From contig OY762428.1 of the NCBI GenBank assembly GCA_963665665.1, positions 5,152,001 to 5,216,000 on the forward strand: 64,000 nucleotides of DNA, read 5' to 3'. This DNA comes from Candidatus Kapaibacterium sp. GTDB taxonomy: Bacteria; Bacteroidota; Ignavibacteria; Kapaibacteriales; UBA2268. Below the pieces are notes generated by a model. The model made no database searches and was not told the origin of the DNA. It was given only the letters and a program-made list of their open reading frames with translations. Numbering within the stretch: the first letter of the stretch is position 1; every line of letters begins with the position of its first letter. Positions 59,119 through 64,000 of the stretch are shown here, piece by piece. The translations under genes and the position numbers were made by a program.

Positions 59119-59703
59119 TTAACAGATCAATTTTGGTATCAATTTATCTACAGTATTTTTCAATTTTTCGGTATCAAAGCCTTTTTCCCTGATAGTTGAG
59201 TATTTAACTATACCAATAAAAGCTGCATATAATATTTCAGATGTCCATTCGATATCGTCTTTTTCGATAGTTTTAATTTCACCAATGTCATATCCGTCTT
59301 CAAGAAGCCTTTGAATATAAGACCTCTCATATTCCATTATACGGTCGAAATACTCCTGACCCTTACGGCTGATGTTTACTTCCTTTTTCAGGATTGAATA
59401 AAGGTTCAACTTATTCAATACCTCGGTATGGAATTTTATGAGATATGTTGATACCTTATCCTGGACTGTAATAGCCTTATCAACTTCCTGTTTGACCATT
59501 CTGCGAAGGTTAGTTATTTCCTTTTCAATAACGCTTTTGAATACTTCCTCCTTGCTTTTGAAATAGTGATAAAGCGTGCTTTTCCCCTTACCGCATTCTG
59601 CGGCAATTTCGTCCATTGTAGTTTTTTTAAGTCCGAATTTCCTGAATAAATGCTGTGCAGCAGATATTATTTCATCCTTAACTATTTCGTCTTTCGATCT
59701 CAT
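59119..59703 (-). CDS. TetR/AcrR-family regulator
   Basis: FRKFGLKKTTMDEIAAECGKGKSTLYHYFKSKEE. Confidence 0.95.
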   Translation of the reverse strand: MRSKDEIVKDEIISAAQHLFRKFGLKKTTMDEIAAECGKGKSTLYHYFKSKEEVFKSVIEKEITNLRRMVKQEVDKAITVQDKVSTYLIKFHTEVLNKLNLYSILKKEVNISRKGQEYFDRIMEYERSYIQRLLEDGYDIGEIKTIEKDDIEWTSEILYAAFIGIVKYSTIREKGFDTEKLKNTVDKLIPKLIC

Positions 59704-59783
59704 ATCTTCTCTAAATCAATGTGAATTTCTTTTCGAAACAAAATTACATTTTTATTTACGAACATACAAGACAAATGTTGTAA

Positions 59784-59814
59784 TATTCGACTAAAAATGT
59801 ATTATGGTCGAATA
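59784..59814. promoter_or_regulatory. Candidate TetR operator
   Basis: TATTCGAC-N15-GTCGAATA upstream of tetR; related half-site TTTTAGTCGAAT at 59092-59103 upstream of the MFP gene. Confidence 0.4.
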
Positions 59815-60075
59815 ATAATAATCCAATTTTGGGGGAAGATCATTGCTTTTAAAAATAATTAAATTGATAATAACAGCAAATACAAGGAAATTTATGATAT
59901 ATGTATGATTGTCTGACAAGATAAAAAGTCTCAATCAAAAAAATTCTCCTAAATATCTAATAATATTATGTTATTTTGAGTTTTAATATCAATATTAAAA
60001 GTAAAAAAAATTAGCCTGTTAACATATTCGATTTTAAATTGCATTTTAGAATTGTGACATATTATTGAAATTGTT

Positions 60076-61413
60076 ATGAAATATACTATTATTGGAGCGG
60101 CAAGAAGCGGTATGGCTGCCGCAATACTTGCAAAAGAACTCGGACATGATGTTTTCCTGACAGAATCGCAAGCAATTGAAAAACATGAAGAATCGGTTAG
60201 GAAACTTGACAGAAAGGGAATTGGTTACGAATTTGGAGGAAACAGCGATAAAGCACTTGAAAATACTGACTGTATCATCACTTCTCCCGGAGTACCCCCG
60301 ACAGCGGATATCATTATTAAAGCTGAAAAAGCCGGCATTCCTATTATCAGCGAGCTGGAATTTGCCTACAATCAGATAGATAATCCTATTATTGCCATTA
60401 CAGGAACCAACGGAAAAACGACAACAACAGCGCTAACCGAATTTATTTTTAATAATTCCGGAAGAAAAGCTATTGCCGTGGGAAACATCGGCAGGCCGCT
60501 CTCGTCAGTTGTTCTCGGGCTTGAGCCTGATGTTGTAATTGTTGCGGAGGTAAGCAGTTACCAGCTTGACCGTATAGATAAATTTGCTCCGGACGTGGCA
60601 ATAATAACCAATATTACACCCGATCATATAAGTTATCACGGTAGTTTTGAGAATTATCAACAGGCTAAGTGGAAAATTTCTTCTAAACAAATTGCGAAAA
60701 ATTTGTTAATTTTAAATGCAGATGATGAGTTTGCTTCACAACCGAAGATAAATATCGAAGCAACTCTTGCCTGGGTTTCATTGTCGCCTCTTGAAAGGGG
60801 GATCTTCAAGGACGACGGAAAGATGAAAATCAGGTTTCCGGAACAGCATAAAACGGAGGAAGTAATGTTTTTCGACGAACTAAGCCTGCCCGGCGTTCAT
60901 AACGCCTATAATTCTATGGCAGCAGCTCTGGCAGCAAGAGCTTTCGAGATCAGCAACGAAGATATCCGCGACAGCCTGATGACCTTCAAAGGCGTGGAAC
61001 ACCGCCTTGAATTCGTGCGTACTATCGGAGGGGTGGATTTTGTGAACGACACAAAGGCTACCAACATTAACGCATGCTGGTATGCCCTGCAAAGCTATAA
61101 AAAGCCTCTTATATGGATTGCAGGCGGAAGGGGTGACAATAACGACTACAGCGCCCTGGATCAGCTTGTAAAAGATAATGTAAGAGCTATTATCGCCATA
61201 GGCGAAGAGCAGGATGCAATTTTTAATCATTTCTGCGCAAGTTCCCGCTGCATTAAAGCCGACGATCTTGAAGACGCTGTTATCAAAGGTTTTTCAGAAG
61301 CAGATAACGGCGATATTGTTCTTTTATCGCCGTCATGCAAATCATTTGATATGTTCATGAGTTTCGAGCACAGGGGCTTCGAATTCAAGAAAATTGTTAA
61401 CAACCTGAAGTAA
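60076..61413 (+). CDS. murD: UDP-N-acetylmuramoyl-L-alanine--D-glutamate ligase
   Basis: GAARSG, SPGVP, ITGTNGKTTT, EVSSYQL, NITPDH, HRLE, NDTKATN, LSPSCKSFDMF. Confidence 0.97.
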   Translation: MKYTIIGAARSGMAAAILAKELGHDVFLTESQAIEKHEESVRKLDRKGIGYEFGGNSDKALENTDCIITSPGVPPTADIIIKAEKAGIPIISELEFAYNQIDNPIIAITGTNGKTTTTALTEFIFNNSGRKAIAVGNIGRPLSSVVLGLEPDVVIVAEVSSYQLDRIDKFAPDVAIITNITPDHISYHGSFENYQQAKWKISSKQIAKNLLILNADDEFASQPKINIEATLAWVSLSPLERGIFKDDGKMKIRFPEQHKTEEVMFFDELSLPGVHNAYNSMAAALAARAFEISNEDIRDSLMTFKGVEHRLEFVRTIGGVDFVNDTKATNINACWYALQSYKKPLIWIAGGRGDNNDYSALDQLVKDNVRAIIAIGEEQDAIFNHFCASSRCIKADDLEDAVIKGFSEADNGDIVLLSPSCKSFDMFMSFEHRGFEFKKIVNNLK

Positions 61414-61416
61414 GCA

Positions 61417-62568
61417 ATGGAATTTCCAACGAAAAAGGGCCGTATCGACTGGTATATATTTCTGCCGGTTGTAGGCCTGATGCTTTTCAGTATAGCATTC
61501 GTTTACAGCGCCAGCGCTTCTATTGCAAGTATAAAGTTTGGCTCAGCCGAAGGGCTTTTCGTAAAGCACACATTCAGGGTGCTGCTCGGTATAGCTGTTA
61601 TGCTTGCTTTTTCCGTGATTGATTACCATAAGTATAAGAAAATTGCAAAACCGATAATGTATGTGGCTATCGGGCTGCTTATTGTAGTATTGTTCACTAA
61701 CCCTCTGAACAATGTGTCACGCTGGATACAACTCGGGCCTGTCAGTTTTCAGCCATCGGAATTTGCCAAGTTCGGGATGGTTATTTACTTCGCGGCATTG
61801 CTTGAAAAGAAACAGCATATTATTAAAGACTTCAAGGAAGGCTATGTACCATTCCTGATATGGACCGGTATTATCTGCTTTCTGATTGCGCTACAGCCAA
61901 ACTTTTCAACTGCTACGGTAATATTTCTGATAGCAATAGTAATGCTTTTCGTTGGCAATACAAACCTGCTCCATGTTCTCGGTACATTTGGCGCCACAAT
62001 GCTCCTTGCTTTTGTTTACCTGACTTCAACACAAAGCTACAGGCTGAACAGGATTCTTGCATATTTCGGCGACCAGGAGATGCTCAGCAGTGAAAAAAGT
62101 ATAAATTACCAGCTGGACCAGGCCTTGATTGCAATCGGTAACGGAGGCCTGTTCGGAGTCGGCCCGGGGCAGAGCCGCCAGAGTCATTTATATCTTCCGG
62201 AATCTTATGGTGATTTTATTTTTTCAATAATCGGCGAGGAATATGGCCTTTTCGGGCTGACTGTTATCCTGGCTGCTTTTGGATTTATTTTCTGGAGGGG
62301 ACTAAAAATTGCGAAAAATGCACCCGACCTATTCGGTTATATGCTTGCAACAGGTATTATTATTACTTTTGCCCTGTACGTGTTTGTAAATGCCGGGGTT
62401 AATTGCGGTCTTCTGCCAACTACGGGGCTTCCGATGCCCTTTATCAGTTACGGAGGTACTGCAATATTTTTCTATGCCGCAGCAATTGGTATTTTGCTGA
62501 ACATCTCAACACAGGCAGGGGTATATCCTTCGAATAAACAATATAATGATTTGAATCCCGATTATTAA
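61417..62568 (+). CDS. ftsW: Cell division SEDS glycosyltransferase
   Basis: RWI..FQPSEFAK, LPESYGDFIFSIIGEE, PTTGLPMPFISYGGT; follows murD. Confidence 0.95.
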   Translation: MEFPTKKGRIDWYIFLPVVGLMLFSIAFVYSASASIASIKFGSAEGLFVKHTFRVLLGIAVMLAFSVIDYHKYKKIAKPIMYVAIGLLIVVLFTNPLNNVSRWIQLGPVSFQPSEFAKFGMVIYFAALLEKKQHIIKDFKEGYVPFLIWTGIICFLIALQPNFSTATVIFLIAIVMLFVGNTNLLHVLGTFGATMLLAFVYLTSTQSYRLNRILAYFGDQEMLSSEKSINYQLDQALIAIGNGGLFGVGPGQSRQSHLYLPESYGDFIFSIIGEEYGLFGLTVILAAFGFIFWRGLKIAKNAPDLFGYMLATGIIITFALYVFVNAGVNCGLLPTTGLPMPFISYGGTAIFFYAAAIGILLNISTQAGVYPSNKQYNDLNPDY

Positions 62569-62628
62569 ATATTCAGATTTTGTTTATATTGCGTCGGGAA
62601 ATAACTAAAATCGAATTAAAGGATAAAT

Positions 62629-63099
62629 ATGAATAAGTTAGATCCGCAGGTCAAAGCAATATGGGCTTTCAGGATTTTTTTAAAATTCTTCTTTATTGGA
62701 TTGATCATTTTATTAGCTGAAATAATATTTGTTCCGTCTCATTGGGATTTTATGCCGCCTTCCGGAGTAATAGGATTATCTATAATAGTTCTTGCTCTTT
62801 TAATGGCATTGATTTGGCCGCCGTTGATGTACAGATTCTGGGCATTTGATATACGGGAACAGGAAATGTATATCGAAAGGGGCGTGATCACAAGAATCCA
62901 CACAACTGCTCCTTATACACGTATTCAGCATTTAGATGTACGCCAGGGGGTATTTGAAAGAATGTTCGGGCTGGCATCGCTGGTCGTTTACACTGCCGGA
63001 ACACGTGGTGCTGATATTGAAATACCCGGACTTCCAAGGTCTTACGCTGAACAGTTAAGAGATAGTTTGAAGAATTATTCACCCGAGGATGCGGTATGA
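62629..63099 (+). CDS. YdbS-like bacterial PH-domain membrane protein
   Basis: Two TM then IERGVI..PYTRIQHLDVRQGVFERMFGLASL..TAG..IPGL. Confidence 0.88.
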   Translation: MNKLDPQVKAIWAFRIFLKFFFIGLIILLAEIIFVPSHWDFMPPSGVIGLSIIVLALLMALIWPPLMYRFWAFDIREQEMYIERGVITRIHTTAPYTRIQHLDVRQGVFERMFGLASLVVYTAGTRGADIEIPGLPRSYAEQLRDSLKNYSPEDAV

Positions 63100-64000
63100 C
63101 GGGCTACGATTACAGTCATCCGCGCAGGCTTCATATCAATACCCTGGTTTACAGGCTGATCTCTTCATCGCCCGGCTACCTGATTCCTTTATATTTTGGT
63201 ATTAAGAATCAGGATATGTTTGAGTGGACATTTATAATTATTGCCGGTATCATTGCAATAATGTCTTTGCCGGTAACTATTCTTGCCTATTATTATTTCA
63301 CTTATTATATAAACGACAGGGAACTGATAATTCACTCGGGAATTCTGGCGAAGAACCAAAGAAACATACCGCTCGCAAGGGTGCAAAATGTTGATATCAG
63401 CCAGAACTTCCTGCAAAGAATATTGAAAATTGCCAAAGTTAAAGTTGAAACTGCCGGAGGGTCGGAAACCGAGGGGCTGCTGGAATTTGTTTCTGTTGCC
63501 GATTCGGAAATAATTCGGGATTTACTTAAGAAAAGAGCTAAAGAACAAACAGAATTGAAACAGGATGAAATCACTGATTACAATTTTGAAAGTAACATGG
63601 ACCCGGTTTCTCTACCTTTTGAACAAACTACTCAAAAATTATTATTTTCAATGAGTTATGTTGATCTATTAAAGTACGGAATGCTTACATTTCGTCCGGT
63701 TATGCTCGTATTTATGGCATGGGCTTTCCAAACAGCTCAGCAGTTTGCCTTCCTTCCTGATTTCGATGAAATGGATTCCGAATCAATAGCCGGTTATATT
63801 GAACAATATCCTCTTGAAGAAGCAATATTATATATAGTTATTGCTACTGTTATAATCCTGATTTTATCATGGTTATTTAATATTCTTCTGTCAGTAAACA
63901 AATATTGGAAGTTCAATATCAAACAGGATGATGACAAACTTCTTTCAGAATATGGCCTGCTAAATAAAAGAAAGGGGAGTATCCCTTTAAAAAAACTACA
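63096..64000 (+). CDS. YdbT-like PH-domain membrane protein (partial, runs off window)
   Basis: ATGA overlap with upstream gene; my translation MTGYDYSHPRRLH...HSGILAKNQRNIPLARVQNVDISQNFLQRILKIAKVKVETAGG. Confidence 0.85.
   Translation, partial: MTGYDYSHPRRLHINTLVYRLISSSPGYLIPLYFGIKNQDMFEWTFIIIAGIIAIMSLPVTILAYYYFTYYINDRELIIHSGILAKNQRNIPLARVQNVDISQNFLQRILKIAKVKVETAGGSETEGLLEFVSVADSEIIRDLLKKRAKEQTELKQDEITDYNFESNMDPVSLPFEQTTQKLLFSMSYVDLLKYGMLTFRPVMLVFMAWAFQTAQQFAFLPDFDEMDSESIAGYIEQYPLEEAILYIVIATVIILILSWLFNILLSVNKYWKFNIKQDDDKLLSEYGLLNKRKGSIPLKKL

Overview
AT-rich bacterial chromosomal window, most likely from the Bacteroidota/Chlorobiota-related group (Kapabacteria/Ignavibacteria-like). This is inferred from TAnnTTTG promoters, T9SS-type YPNP C-terminal domains and a GWxTD protein. 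Housekeeping content: AddA-like helicase/nuclease, tRNA-fMet, rel/spoT, an orphan nuoJK pair, aroC, a detached murD-ftsW pair and ydbS/ydbT-like PH proteins. Accessory content: a rex-hydCBA-hydS-spoIIE [FeFe]-hydrogenase locus, an MNT/HEPN toxin-antitoxin pair whose toxin lacks the catalytic His, a TetR-RND efflux locus, and an 11-gene operon joining inositol-lipid synthesis genes to a TolC/MlaC/MMPL/Omp85 transport set. The most unusual feature is non-coding and occurs twice (1-662 and about 27498-28984). It is a fold-back element of two related 21-bp tandem arrays in opposite orientation, meeting in exact register at a short central palindrome. The arrays are homogeneous at the centre and degenerate outward, and GC-rich hairpins are embedded without breaking the 21-bp phase. 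Both copies sit inside mosaics of several REP-like palindromic repeat families. All calls were made by eye; no database searches were run.
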